From positions 8,105-72,104 of the forward strand of contig JAGGVB010000176.1 of assembly GCA_021158245.1 (NCBI GenBank): a stretch of DNA of 64,000 bases, given 5' to 3'. Position numbers and translations under genes: made by a program. The notes under the pieces were generated by a model, which made no database searches, was not told where the DNA came from, and was given only the letters and a program-made list of their open reading frames with translations. Source of the DNA: a bacterium (GTDB taxonomy: Bacteria; Zhuqueibacterota; QNDG01). Below are positions 38,431 through 47,888 of the stretch, piece by piece; positions within the stretch are counted from its first letter, which is position 1; every line of letters starts with the position of its first letter.

Positions 38431-39384
38431 ATGGATTTTATTCTTGATTTTGAAAAACCAATTGTTGAGCTGGAGGAAAAGATAGGTGAGATGAAGGCCA
38501 TTTCTGCCAATGAAAATGGCGTTTTATCGGATGAAATCTCGCGGCTTGAATTGAAACTTTATAAATTAATGGAAGATACATATTCCAAACTTAACAGATG
38601 GCAGCGGGTTCAGCTTGCGAGGCATCCTTTGAGGCCTTATTCGCTTGATTATATCCCGAGAATATTTACTGATTTTATCGAACTTCACGGGGACAGGCAG
38701 TTCAGAGATGATCCTGCGCTTGTCAGCGGCATGGCAAAGCTTGACGGAAGGTCCGTAGTTGTATTGGGACAGCAGAAGGGACGTACAACAAAGGAGAAAT
38801 TATACAGAAATTTTGGTATGATGCATCCGGAAGGGTATCGTAAAGCAATGCGTATTATGAGGCTGGCAGCAAAATTTAATAAACCGATAATCGTATTTGT
38901 AGATACACCCGGGGCATACCCTGGAATAGGAGCGGAAGAGAGGGGACAGGGAGAAGCAATTGCAAGAAATCTGTTTGAGATGTCACGCCTCAAAGTTCCT
39001 ATTATAGTTGTGATAATCGCAGAGGGAGCTTCCGGAGGTGCTTTGGGAATAGGAGTAGGCGACAGAGTACTCATGATGGAAAACAGCTGGTACTCTGTTA
39101 TTTCACCTGAAGGCTGTGCAGCAATTTTATGGCGGGATTCAGCCAAGGCTTCCAAAGCTGCGGAGGCTTTAAAACTTGCGGCTCAGGATTTAATTGAACT
39201 CGGTGTAATTGATGATATAATAAAAGAACCCGTTGGAGGTGCTCATAGAAATTACGATGAAGCAGCAAGGCTTGTAAAAATCAACATAATAGATGCCTTG
39301 AATGATCTTCTTTTAATACCTCCTGATGAATTGATAGAACAGAGGCTGGAAAAGTATGGTAAAATGGGATTTTTTAAGGAATGA
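38431..39384 (+). CDS. accA: Acetyl-CoA carboxylase carboxyltransferase alpha subunit.
   Basis: AccA fold motifs FVDTPGAYPGIGAEERGQGEAIARNL and IIAEGASGGALGIGVGD. 317 aa. Confidence 0.95.
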   Translation: MDFILDFEKPIVELEEKIGEMKAISANENGVLSDEISRLELKLYKLMEDTYSKLNRWQRVQLARHPLRPYSLDYIPRIFTDFIELHGDRQFRDDPALVSGMAKLDGRSVVVLGQQKGRTTKEKLYRNFGMMHPEGYRKAMRIMRLAAKFNKPIIVFVDTPGAYPGIGAEERGQGEAIARNLFEMSRLKVPIIVVIIAEGASGGALGIGVGDRVLMMENSWYSVISPEGCAAILWRDSAKASKAAEALKLAAQDLIELGVIDDIIKEPVGGAHRNYDEAARLVKINIIDALNDLLLIPPDELIEQRLEKYGKMGFFKE

Positions 39385-39815
39385 ATGTTAAAAACAATAC
39401 TAATATCTATACTCACAGAGTGATATATGCTGATACGGACCAAATGGGAATTGTGTATCATGGAAGATATTTTGAGTGGCTGGAAGCTGCGCGTACTGAA
39501 CTTATGCGTATTCATGGAATGTCCTACAATACTCTTGAAGCGCGAGGGATTTCTCTTCCTGTAATAGAAGCTTCATGCAGGTACATCAGGGCATTTAAGT
39601 ATGATGATATTGTAAATATTATTGCAGAAATTGAAGATGTTACGCGTTCAAGATTAAAAATTAAGTATGAACTGTACTGTGAAGGTGATGAAACAGCAAG
39701 GGTAAAAGGCGTTACTGTACATTGCTATATGAATCGTCAGGCTCGTGCAATAAGAGCGCCGAGGGACCTTTTATTATTTTTTAAATCTTTTCAAGTTCCG
39801 GAAAACATGGAATAA
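39381..39815 (+). CDS. Hotdog-fold acyl-CoA thioesterase (YbgC/4HBT family).
   Basis: HRVIYADTDQMGIVYHGRYFEWLEAART motif. 144 aa. 4-nt overlap with accA. Confidence 0.8.
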   Translation: MNVKNNTNIYTHRVIYADTDQMGIVYHGRYFEWLEAARTELMRIHGMSYNTLEARGISLPVIEASCRYIRAFKYDDIVNIIAEIEDVTRSRLKIKYELYCEGDETARVKGVTVHCYMNRQARAIRAPRDLLLFFKSFQVPENME

Positions 39816-39826
39816 CGGAGTAGCCA

Positions 39827-39991
39827 ATGTTAGAGCAGAAATTGTTGGATATATTGGTTTGCCCCAAGTGTAAGGGCAAACTGGAATACAGACAGAAAGA
39901 GGATGCTTTTTATTGCCATTCATGCAGATTGAAATACAGGGTTGAGGATAACATCCCTGTAATGCTTATTGATGAAGCGGAACCCTTTTAG
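39827..39991 (+). CDS. Trm112/YcaR-like (DUF343, UPF0434) small protein.
   Basis: 54-aa ORF missed by the ORF track (below the 60-aa cutoff): MLEQKLLDILVCPKCKGKLEYRQKEDAFYCHSCRLKYRVEDNIPVMLIDEAEPF. It has the CPxC...C...C spacing and the 'IP.ML.DEA' C-terminus typical of the family. Confidence 0.6.
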   Translation: MLEQKLLDILVCPKCKGKLEYRQKEDAFYCHSCRLKYRVEDNIPVMLIDEAEPF

Positions 39992-40008
39992 GTTGCTGTG
40001 GAGAAAAT

Positions 40009-40186
40009 ATGAGATTTAAAACAGTTGTGTTTGTTTTTATTTGTGCTGTTTTGCTGAATGGGTTTGTTCCTTCTCATACTGTATGAACACCTTGATAAGA
40101 AAGATAGTGCAAGATATGAGTATCAGGAAGCTTTGAAACTTAACCCTGAATTTAAAAAAGCATTACAAACTTTAAATTCAATGTAA
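40009..40186 (+). pseudogene. Remnant of a secreted TPR-repeat protein gene (signal-peptide fragment and frameshifted C-terminal TPR fragment).
   Basis: Frame 1 gives MRFKTVVFVFICAVLLNGFVPSHTV then a stop. A shifted frame gives ...LYEHLDKKDSARYEYQEALKLNPEFKKALQTLNSM, a typical final TPR helix pair. Total is under 180 nt, so most of the gene is deleted. Confidence 0.35.
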
Positions 40187-40218
40187 TTAATTGATTATAA
40201 TAATTATAGGAGTGTCAA

Positions 40219-41865
40219 ATGGAATGGAAAGATAGAGTTGAGAAATTTATTTCAGAGCATAAAAAATGTTATGATAATATACTTCGTGAGGAAATGATAA
40301 AACTGTGCGTTGAGAATAAGGAAGCTATTATTTCTGAAAGCGGGGCACTTGCAACATGGACCCCTCCTGAATCTACAGGAAGAAGCCCGAAGGATACAGT
40401 TATTGTACGTCGTACTGAGAGCGAGGACACAATTGACTGGGACAGCCCGAACAATATTCCTGTTTCTGAAGACACATTTGATATGGCAATGGAGGATGCA
40501 CTTTCAATACTTTCAACCAAAGAGAGTATCTTTGTTACAGACAGGGTAATCGGAGCGGATTCCAATTATGCTCTTCCTGTTAAACTTGTAACGGACAAGG
40601 CTCTTTCCGTACTTTTCACTGATAACATGTTCCGTCCTGTGCCGAATGATATTCATAAAAGCATTTATGCTGAAAAACCTTTTACAATTGTTGTTGTCCC
40701 TTACGACAAACTGAATTCCAAACGCTACGAAGGAAGGCTTCGCAAAAAAGATGATGGAACAACATCGGATATGATTGTTGCAATGGATATGGACAGAATG
40801 CTTGGTGTGATTGTAGGTTCTGCTTACGGAGGCAGTATAAAAAAACTGATGTTTACAGTTATGAATTATCTCCTTCCCGGAGAAAATATTTTACCTCTTC
40901 ACTGTTCTGCAAATGAAGGCAAAGACGGTGACTGTGCTTTACTTCTCGGTCTTTCGGGTACTGGAAAAACAACACTTTCCGCTGATCCGAGACGGGCTTT
41001 ATTAGGAGATGATGAGCACGGATGGTCTGACAGAGGTATTGCAAATTTTGAAAACGGCTGTTATGCAAAGTTTATTGATCTTGATTCAAAAAAAGAACCG
41101 GAAATTTATAATGCTGTGATGCATAAAGATGAATACTTGAATCATGGGGCAATTGTGGAAAATGCCATGATTTATCCTAATGGCAGCTTTGATTTTTTTG
41201 ATGACAGGTTTACACCGAATTCAAGAGCAAGTTATCCTTTAAAATATTTGGCAAATATAAAAGAAGAGTCTGTATCTGTTCATCCGAAAACAATTCTGTT
41301 CCTGACTGCAGATGCGAACGGAGTACTGCCTCCTGTTTCGAAATTAACACGGGAACAGGCAATGCTGTGGTTTCTTATGGGATATACAAGTAAACTGGCA
41401 GGAACCGAGACAGGAATCGTTGAGCCCAAATCAACTTTCAGCCGATTTTTCGGAGAGCCCTTTATGCCGAGAAATCCTGATGTTTATGCAAGGATGCTGG
41501 GAGAAAATATGGAGAAACACAACTCACAGGTGTTTCTCATTAATACAGGATGGAGCGGTGCTCCTTATGGTGAGGGAAAAAGAATGGATATCACTTTGAC
41601 CCGCGCTATGGTTAATGCTGCGCTGACAGGCGGCCTTGATAATGTAGATTATGAAGAGGATGAGATTTTTAAAGTTTTAATTCCGAAAAGCTGTCCCGGG
41701 GTGTCTGACAGTAGAGTTCTTAATCCGAGGCAGTCATGGAGCAATGAAGAAAAGTATCTGGAAAGGGCAAAAAAACTTGCAAGTGATTTTGCAGCTCATT
41801 TTAAAAAAGCATATGGCAACAAGAATATTGCCCCTGAAGTTGCAGTACAATGTCCTGGTATGTAG
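40219..41865 (+). CDS. pckA: Phosphoenolpyruvate carboxykinase (ATP).
   Basis: P-loop LLGLSGTGKTTLS and PEPCK-ATP kinase-1a/2 regions. 548 aa. Confidence 0.95.
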   Translation: MEWKDRVEKFISEHKKCYDNILREEMIKLCVENKEAIISESGALATWTPPESTGRSPKDTVIVRRTESEDTIDWDSPNNIPVSEDTFDMAMEDALSILSTKESIFVTDRVIGADSNYALPVKLVTDKALSVLFTDNMFRPVPNDIHKSIYAEKPFTIVVVPYDKLNSKRYEGRLRKKDDGTTSDMIVAMDMDRMLGVIVGSAYGGSIKKLMFTVMNYLLPGENILPLHCSANEGKDGDCALLLGLSGTGKTTLSADPRRALLGDDEHGWSDRGIANFENGCYAKFIDLDSKKEPEIYNAVMHKDEYLNHGAIVENAMIYPNGSFDFFDDRFTPNSRASYPLKYLANIKEESVSVHPKTILFLTADANGVLPPVSKLTREQAMLWFLMGYTSKLAGTETGIVEPKSTFSRFFGEPFMPRNPDVYARMLGENMEKHNSQVFLINTGWSGAPYGEGKRMDITLTRAMVNAALTGGLDNVDYEEDEIFKVLIPKSCPGVSDSRVLNPRQSWSNEEKYLERAKKLASDFAAHFKKAYGNKNIAPEVAVQCPGM

Positions 41866-41938
41866 AACCAGATATTAAAGAAAGTATTTGCATAACAAGT
41901 ATCTCACTGTTAAATTAATAGTATAGTACAAAAAACAG

Positions 41939-42358
41939 ATGAGATCAGGGAGGTTAATCGTGGCAAAAATTCTTGTGGTTGATGATGAAGCTCCGTTCAG
42001 GTCATTTTTGTCCGATGTTATCAAGAGGATTAAACATCAAGCTGTAGAGGCTGAAAACGGAAGAGTAGCGTGGGATATCTACCAAAAAGAGAAGATAGAT
42101 ATTTGCTTAGTTGATGTAAATATGCCTGAGATGGATGGCATTGGTTTTCTCGATAAAGTAAAAAAAGAGGATCCTGCTTCAATAGTAATAATGATGACAG
42201 GCTTTCCTACAGCAGAAACTATTATTGAAACTATTGAAGATGACGGGTTTACCTACATTTCCAAACCTGTAGATGTCCCTGTTATAATAGATTTAATTGA
42301 GAGGGGGCTTGCTGCGCGTAAAAAGCGTATTGCAGAATTTAAAAATAAAAAAGTGTAG
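41939..42358 (+). CDS. Stand-alone CheY-like response-regulator receiver protein.
   Basis: ILVVDDEAPFR...DICLVDVNMPEMDG...K (phospho-acceptor Asp context and conserved Lys). 139 aa with no output domain. Confidence 0.85.
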   Translation: MRSGRLIVAKILVVDDEAPFRSFLSDVIKRIKHQAVEAENGRVAWDIYQKEKIDICLVDVNMPEMDGIGFLDKVKKEDPASIVIMMTGFPTAETIIETIEDDGFTYISKPVDVPVIIDLIERGLAARKKRIAEFKNKKV

Positions 42359-42406
42359 ATAAAATAATTTTGCTGTTCATCATAGAATTTGGCACGTTAA
42401 AAATAT

Positions 42407-42435
42407 GCGGGGTATTTCATCACCCCGCTTTTTTT
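42407..42435. terminator. Bidirectional rho-independent terminator between convergent genes (response regulator + / S41 peptidase -).
   Basis: 7-bp stem gcggggt/accccgc with an 8-nt loop, followed by ttttttt on the plus strand and atattttt on the minus strand. The peptidase stop codon lies within the stem. Confidence 0.6.
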
Positions 42436-44024
42436 ATACTTGAAGAGCGTGCAAGCATTTCTTTTGATTTATCAATATATTTCAAAGACTGCTGGAACCA
42501 TTTGTCTCTTAAAAGCTGTACTTTGTAACGTGCTTCATCGCCCCAAAGTTTTTCTGCTATATTCTGTTTTAAAAAGAAACTGATATCTTTTTTATTGGTA
42601 TTAAATTGGGTTTTTGTAATTTTAAACCCTTTGACCTGCAGGTAACTGAAAAATTCCCGGAGCACTGAAGGTGACGGATTGTAATTATGCAGGAAGGAGT
42701 AGAATGACAATTTTTTCTGGGGGTGTGTGTTTACATATTTTTCGGTAAATGTAAACAGAAGCCTGTCTTTTGACAGCACCAGTTTCCGCACGACTGCACT
42801 TACAGTATCCTGGCTTTCCGTTAAGAAATAATCAGGAGTGATACCTCCGCCGCCGTAGACAGTCCGTCCGAGGATTTTTGTCCGGAAAACAGGCCGGTTT
42901 GTTGTTTTAGCATCAGGCTTTTTGGGTGCGGCTTCTGTAAAATATTCTAATTTTGATTTGTTTTCGTAAGGGCGCTGTATCAATCTGCCTGAAGGAGTGT
43001 AATAACGAGCTGTAGTCATTAACAGTGCGGAACCGTCTCTGAATGTGTACTGGCTTTGAACAAGGCCTTTCCCAAAGCTTGTTTCGCCTATGATCACTGC
43101 CCTGTCCCAGTCCTGCATTGCACCAGCTACAATTTCAGATGCTGAAGCTGATCTGTGATTTATCATTATAGTTACAGGCAGGTTGTCAAAGGGCCTGTGA
43201 TATGAGGCTTTAAACTCCCTGAAAGAACGTTTTATCCGGCCCTTTGTGTAAACAACCAATTTACCTCTCTTAAGAAAGGTTTCTGAAACATCAAAAGCCG
43301 CTCCAAGATATCCTCCTCCGTTATCCCTGAGATCAATTATCAGATATTTCATTCCATCATTTATAAGTTGTGCAAGATGCTTTTTCAGTTCTGATCCTGT
43401 TGTTGCAGAAAAACGGATAATTGCAATGTAGCCGATTGACGGTTTAATCATGAAAGCATAAGGTATGCTCTCAAGGTGCACTTCATTCCGGATTAGCGTA
43501 AAATCCAATAATTTATTATAACCGTGTCTTTCAACTGAAACTTTTACTTTTGTCCCCTTTGGGCCCATAAGTTTTAAAGGCACTTCGTCACGTTTAAGCC
43601 CTGTTGCAGGGCAGCTGTTAATCTTAACTATTCTGTCTCCCGGCAGAAGCCCTGCCTTGGCCGACGGCCCGCCTTTAATAACAGACATGACTGTTATCTT
43701 ATTTTGGACAATATCGAATGTTATGCCTATGCCGGAATATCCGCTGAAGCTCTGATTCCATTTTTTATACTCTTCTGCAGTCATATATGTTGTATGCGGG
43801 TCCAGATCCGATACCATACCTTTTATTGCACTGTCTACAAGATTAACAGGGTCTTTTTTTTCAACATAATCATTTTCGATTTTTTTTAATATTGCACTGA
43901 AAAGTTCGATTTTTTTATAAAATAATTTACTTGTCGAGTACATTTTACCTGTAGTGCCGGATATAATAAAAAGTGCTGCAGATAATATGATAATGATTGT
44001 AATGATGGATTTTTTTCTGGTCAT
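42420..44024 (-). CDS. S41 C-terminal processing peptidase (Ctp/Prc-like) with PDZ domain.
   Basis: N-terminal signal/TM segment and a PDZ domain (GLLPGDRIVKING). S41 catalytic region motifs GYIAIIRFS...DLRDNGGG...RSASASEIVAGAMQD...GETSFGKG. 534 aa. Confidence 0.9.
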   Translation of the reverse strand: MTRKKSIITIIIILSAALFIISGTTGKMYSTSKLFYKKIELFSAILKKIENDYVEKKDPVNLVDSAIKGMVSDLDPHTTYMTAEEYKKWNQSFSGYSGIGITFDIVQNKITVMSVIKGGPSAKAGLLPGDRIVKINSCPATGLKRDEVPLKLMGPKGTKVKVSVERHGYNKLLDFTLIRNEVHLESIPYAFMIKPSIGYIAIIRFSATTGSELKKHLAQLINDGMKYLIIDLRDNGGGYLGAAFDVSETFLKRGKLVVYTKGRIKRSFREFKASYHRPFDNLPVTIMINHRSASASEIVAGAMQDWDRAVIIGETSFGKGLVQSQYTFRDGSALLMTTARYYTPSGRLIQRPYENKSKLEYFTEAAPKKPDAKTTNRPVFRTKILGRTVYGGGGITPDYFLTESQDTVSAVVRKLVLSKDRLLFTFTEKYVNTHPQKKLSFYSFLHNYNPSPSVLREFFSYLQVKGFKITKTQFNTNKKDISFFLKQNIAEKLWGDEARYKVQLLRDKWFQQSLKYIDKSKEMLARSSSIKKAG

Positions 44025-44106
44025 AAAAAGTCCTGTTTTTTTAATTCACTGTAATATTCAGGTTAAAAATATAATGATATGCACTATTAATGTCAAGAGT
44101 CTAAAA

Positions 44107-46473
44107 TCATTGAACTGAAATGCGCTTTCCGTCAGTTTTTATAATTACTGCACCATTTAAGTCAGTTCGGATTATGGAAATTGCATTGCTCTTAAGCCTT
44201 GATATGCATTGCGTAGAAGGATGGCGGTATTTATTTTTCCTGCCTGCTGAAATTACTGCTATTTCAGGGGATATTCTTTTCAGGAAGTTAGCCGAACAGG
44301 AATTTTTGCTTCCGTGACGCCCGACTTTTAAGATATCAGATTTAAAGATGAGAGATTTATCTATCAATACCTTTTCAGCAGGGCTTTCCGCATCACTCAT
44401 AAAGAGAAAGCGTTTGAAGCCAAAACATATTTCCGTTATAAGTGATGTATTGTTTATATTTTGTGCGGTCCCTTTTTTTAAAAGAGAATACGGAGAGAGA
44501 AAGTAAATTTTAGTTCCGGGAAAAGAGACAATACTGTCCGGTGCAGTGATTATTGTGCCCGGGATATTTTTATTTTTCAAAATCATATTAAATTCATGAT
44601 TAAGGGGAGAATTATAATCAGCGCCCGTGTAAAAAATTCTTCCTATTGAAAAATGCTTTAAAATATATATCAGGCCGCCTCTGTAATGCTTATCAGGATT
44701 AGTTGAAATTACCGCATCAATTTTTCTAAATCCGTTTTTTAATAAAAACGGGGCGATAATTCTCTTGCCGCTGTCAAAAAACGGAGTTTTATTCCCCCCG
44801 TCAATTAACATGGTTTTCCCTCCCGGAAAGATTATGAGTGCCGAATCACCCTGTCCTACATCGAATTGTATATAGGTAATATCAGAGAAGCTGCCGAAAA
44901 GAGCTTTGTCCCAGATAAAAATGCTGGAAATAATCAGAGATGTAAAAATTAGAATTTTTCGTATCCGTTTATCTGTAGAGAAGATTGATAATATTATATT
45001 TATATAAATTATTATCAGCCCTGTTCCAGGAGAAGGGACTGCAGCAGCAGAAAATTTCAGGCCGGACACTGCAGAAGTAAACCAGTTCAGGAAGTAGATT
45101 ACAAAGCTGGTGCAGATACCGTAAATATCGGCAATAAAAGAGCTTATAAGAGAGAATAGAATAGTCAGGAGCCCAAGGCTCACGATGATTCCTGCAACGG
45201 GAATTGCGATTATATTAACAAGAGGGGCGAGCAGTGGAAGGTTGTTAAATGATGTTAATGAAATCGGAAGAGTGCCTATTTGAGCACAGATAGATACGAT
45301 TATAACGTCAGCAAGATTCGCAAGGTATTTCTTTTTCGGGAAAATATGTTTATAAACAAGAAATTTTTTAAACCTGGGATAGAAATATACAATGGAAAAG
45401 ACTGCAGAGAATGAGAGTAAAAATCCCACATCAAAAAGCCACCCGGGATTTACTGCAAGAAGAATAATTCCTGAAATACCGATAATATTAACGGCATCTG
45501 CTCTCCTTTTAAATAAACGCCCTGTAAGAAAGAGTGTTGCCATGACAAATGCTCTGACAATTGACGCCCTTGTTTCTGTGATCATTGTGAAAAACAGCAG
45601 TCCTGCAATTTCAGCCGGTATGCGAATTCTGACAGGAATACGCATCAGGCCGAGGAGAATTTCCAGGAAAAGCAGTACAAACCCTACATGGAGCCCGCTT
45701 ACAGCAAGAATGTGCAGGGCTCCGGCATTGGCAAAATGTTTTGTTACATCTTCTGAAAGCATACCCCTGTCTCCTGTGAGAAGAGCAAGTACAAGGGGCA
45801 GAGCAGGTTTTTCAATATGTTTTTTAAGGGATCGTTTTACAAATCTTCTTGAAGGGTATATGATTTTTAAATTCAGCCATGAGCCTCTGTTTATTCCTGT
45901 GAGATGCAGATTATTACCGCTTTTTCCAAGGGTGTATATCTTTTTTGCCGCAAGAAATGCCCTGTAATCGAATCCTCCGGGATTTCTTCCTGAATCAGGA
46001 AGTACAAGCCGGATATCAACAAGAAACTCATCGCCGTATTTTATTCTTGATGTAATATGCCTGTAATATGATATCAGTACTGTTCCCGTACAAGTGTAAG
46101 TTGTGTCTCCCGCAGTCACTGCTTCTGCTTCTGCATACAGTTCTTTGCGCCCTGATTTATATACCGGATCCCTTTTCAGCCACGCTTTAAGAGTTACTCT
46201 TGTATTGGGATTGTTTTTAAAGGCTATATCTGATGCAGGGATGCAGGTACTTTTAATAATAAATGCAGCAGAACCGGATAGTATTATAGAAAAAAATATA
46301 ATGATATTGAGCAGCTTGCCGGCCGGTTTCTTTCTGTTTATTAAAATTATTGATAAAATAGCAAGTCCTGTTACTGTTAAAAGAACAGGAAAGAAAGGGA
46401 GCTTTACCGAGTGGGCTAATAGTATTCCAAGGGCAAATAGAATAAAGGTTTTAAAAGCAGGCTTGTTCATCAA
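44107..46473 (-). CDS. comEC: DNA internalization competence protein ComEC/Rec2 with C-terminal metallo-beta-lactamase domain.
   Basis: N-terminal DUF4131-like TM region, competence domain (LHILAVSGLHVGFV) and C-terminal MBL motifs (DVGQGDSALI...HGSKNS). 788 aa. Confidence 0.9.
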   Translation of the reverse strand: MMNKPAFKTFILFALGILLAHSVKLPFFPVLLTVTGLAILSIILINRKKPAGKLLNIIIFFSIILSGSAAFIIKSTCIPASDIAFKNNPNTRVTLKAWLKRDPVYKSGRKELYAEAEAVTAGDTTYTCTGTVLISYYRHITSRIKYGDEFLVDIRLVLPDSGRNPGGFDYRAFLAAKKIYTLGKSGNNLHLTGINRGSWLNLKIIYPSRRFVKRSLKKHIEKPALPLVLALLTGDRGMLSEDVTKHFANAGALHILAVSGLHVGFVLLFLEILLGLMRIPVRIRIPAEIAGLLFFTMITETRASIVRAFVMATLFLTGRLFKRRADAVNIIGISGIILLAVNPGWLFDVGFLLSFSAVFSIVYFYPRFKKFLVYKHIFPKKKYLANLADVIIVSICAQIGTLPISLTSFNNLPLLAPLVNIIAIPVAGIIVSLGLLTILFSLISSFIADIYGICTSFVIYFLNWFTSAVSGLKFSAAAVPSPGTGLIIIYINIILSIFSTDKRIRKILIFTSLIISSIFIWDKALFGSFSDITYIQFDVGQGDSALIIFPGGKTMLIDGGNKTPFFDSGKRIIAPFLLKNGFRKIDAVISTNPDKHYRGGLIYILKHFSIGRIFYTGADYNSPLNHEFNMILKNKNIPGTIITAPDSIVSFPGTKIYFLSPYSLLKKGTAQNINNTSLITEICFGFKRFLFMSDAESPAEKVLIDKSLIFKSDILKVGRHGSKNSCSANFLKRISPEIAVISAGRKNKYRHPSTQCISRLKSNAISIIRTDLNGAVIIKTDGKRISVQ

Positions 46474-47888
46474 AGTTCAATATCATCTTCTTCTATATCA
46501 GAGTTGGCTTTCTTAAGCTTTGTGATGGTAAATCCTGTATATCCATAGATAATTGACACCAGTGGAGTAATTAAATTCAGAAAAGCATAAGGTAGGTATG
46601 CAAGAGGGCTTACAGTCAGAGTTACATGCATGAATGCTCCGCCTGTATTCCATGGAATCAGAGCAGATGTGAGAGTGCCCGCATCTTCGAGGCAGCGCGA
46701 TAAGTTTTTAGGATGAAGCCCTCTCTTTCTGAACGCATCTTTATACATTCTGCCGGGAATTACAATTGCAAGGTACTGGTCAGATGCAAAAGCGTTCATT
46801 CCTATACAGCTGAACACTGTTGTAGCTATCAGCCCTCCGGTACGCTTTACTCTTTTCAACATTGAATTTGCAAGAGTGCCGAGCATACCTGTCACTTCCA
46901 TAATACCGCCGAGAGACAGCGCACACATAACAAGTGTGATTGTCTGCATCATACTCAAGAGCCCGCCTCTGTTTAAAAGTTCATCAACCATAGCATTGCC
47001 GGATTGTGAAACAACTCCCGAATATGCAGCAGTAATTATGTCAGGAAGGGGAGTAGATTGTACAAATGCGGCAATAATTCCTCCGAGGATTGATCCGGTG
47101 AACAGAGCAGGCAGAGCAGGTATTTTTTTTACAACCATAATTATTACAAGCAGAGGAGGAGCAAGAAGAAGAGGGTGAATGACAAAATTACCCTTTAGTG
47201 TAGAGAGCATGACGTCAATGTTGCCGTAAGCCAGCTCGTTTGTGCTGAATTTGAATCCGATAATGGTGTATAAAATAATTGAGATAATGTACCCTGGTGT
47301 TGTTGTAAAGATCATATGCCGTATGTGGCTGAAAATATCCGTTCCTGCTACAGCCGGAGCAAGATTTGTAGTATCTGAAAGAGGGGACATCTTGTCTCCG
47401 AAGTATGCTCCAGAAATAATTGCTCCTGCAACAATCTGAACAGGGATTCCGAGGCCTTTCCCAATACCTATAAATGCAACTCCTACTGTTCCTGCAGTTG
47501 CCCATGATGATCCTGTACCGAGAGAAACAATAGAACAGATTAGAAGGGTTGCAGTCAGAAAGTATCTCGGAGACAATATTTTTAACCCGTAGAATATCAT
47601 AGAAGGAACAATTCCCGCTTTTACCCAAGTTCCTATCATTGTGCCTATGATCATTAAAATCAATATTGCATTGAGTGCAAGGGTAATACTGTGCACCATT
47701 CCGCGCTGAAGTTCATTCCAGTTATAACCATATGCTATGGCAACTATTGCGGCAACAGCAGTGGCCATTATAAGGGGAATATGAGACTGCTGTTTGAATA
47801 TTGCTATTGAAAAGAAAAGCGCTATAACGAGAAATAGTACAGGTATAAGTGTACTGATCAGAGGAATTTCTTTTTTCTGTCTGTTCAT
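46470..47888 (-). CDS. NhaC-family antiporter, paralog 1 (Na+/H+ or organic-acid antiporter).
   Basis: Polytopic membrane protein. The conserved block MIGTWVKAGIVPSMIFYGL...SLGTGSSWATAGTVGVAFIGIGKGLGIP...FGDKMSPLSDTTNLAPAVAGTDIF is typical of the NhaC (PF03553) family. 472 aa. Confidence 0.85.
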   Translation of the reverse strand: MNRQKKEIPLISTLIPVLFLVIALFFSIAIFKQQSHIPLIMATAVAAIVAIAYGYNWNELQRGMVHSITLALNAILILMIIGTMIGTWVKAGIVPSMIFYGLKILSPRYFLTATLLICSIVSLGTGSSWATAGTVGVAFIGIGKGLGIPVQIVAGAIISGAYFGDKMSPLSDTTNLAPAVAGTDIFSHIRHMIFTTTPGYIISIILYTIIGFKFSTNELAYGNIDVMLSTLKGNFVIHPLLLAPPLLVIIMVVKKIPALPALFTGSILGGIIAAFVQSTPLPDIITAAYSGVVSQSGNAMVDELLNRGGLLSMMQTITLVMCALSLGGIMEVTGMLGTLANSMLKRVKRTGGLIATTVFSCIGMNAFASDQYLAIVIPGRMYKDAFRKRGLHPKNLSRCLEDAGTLTSALIPWNTGGAFMHVTLTVSPLAYLPYAFLNLITPLVSIIYGYTGFTITKLKKANSDIEEDDIEL

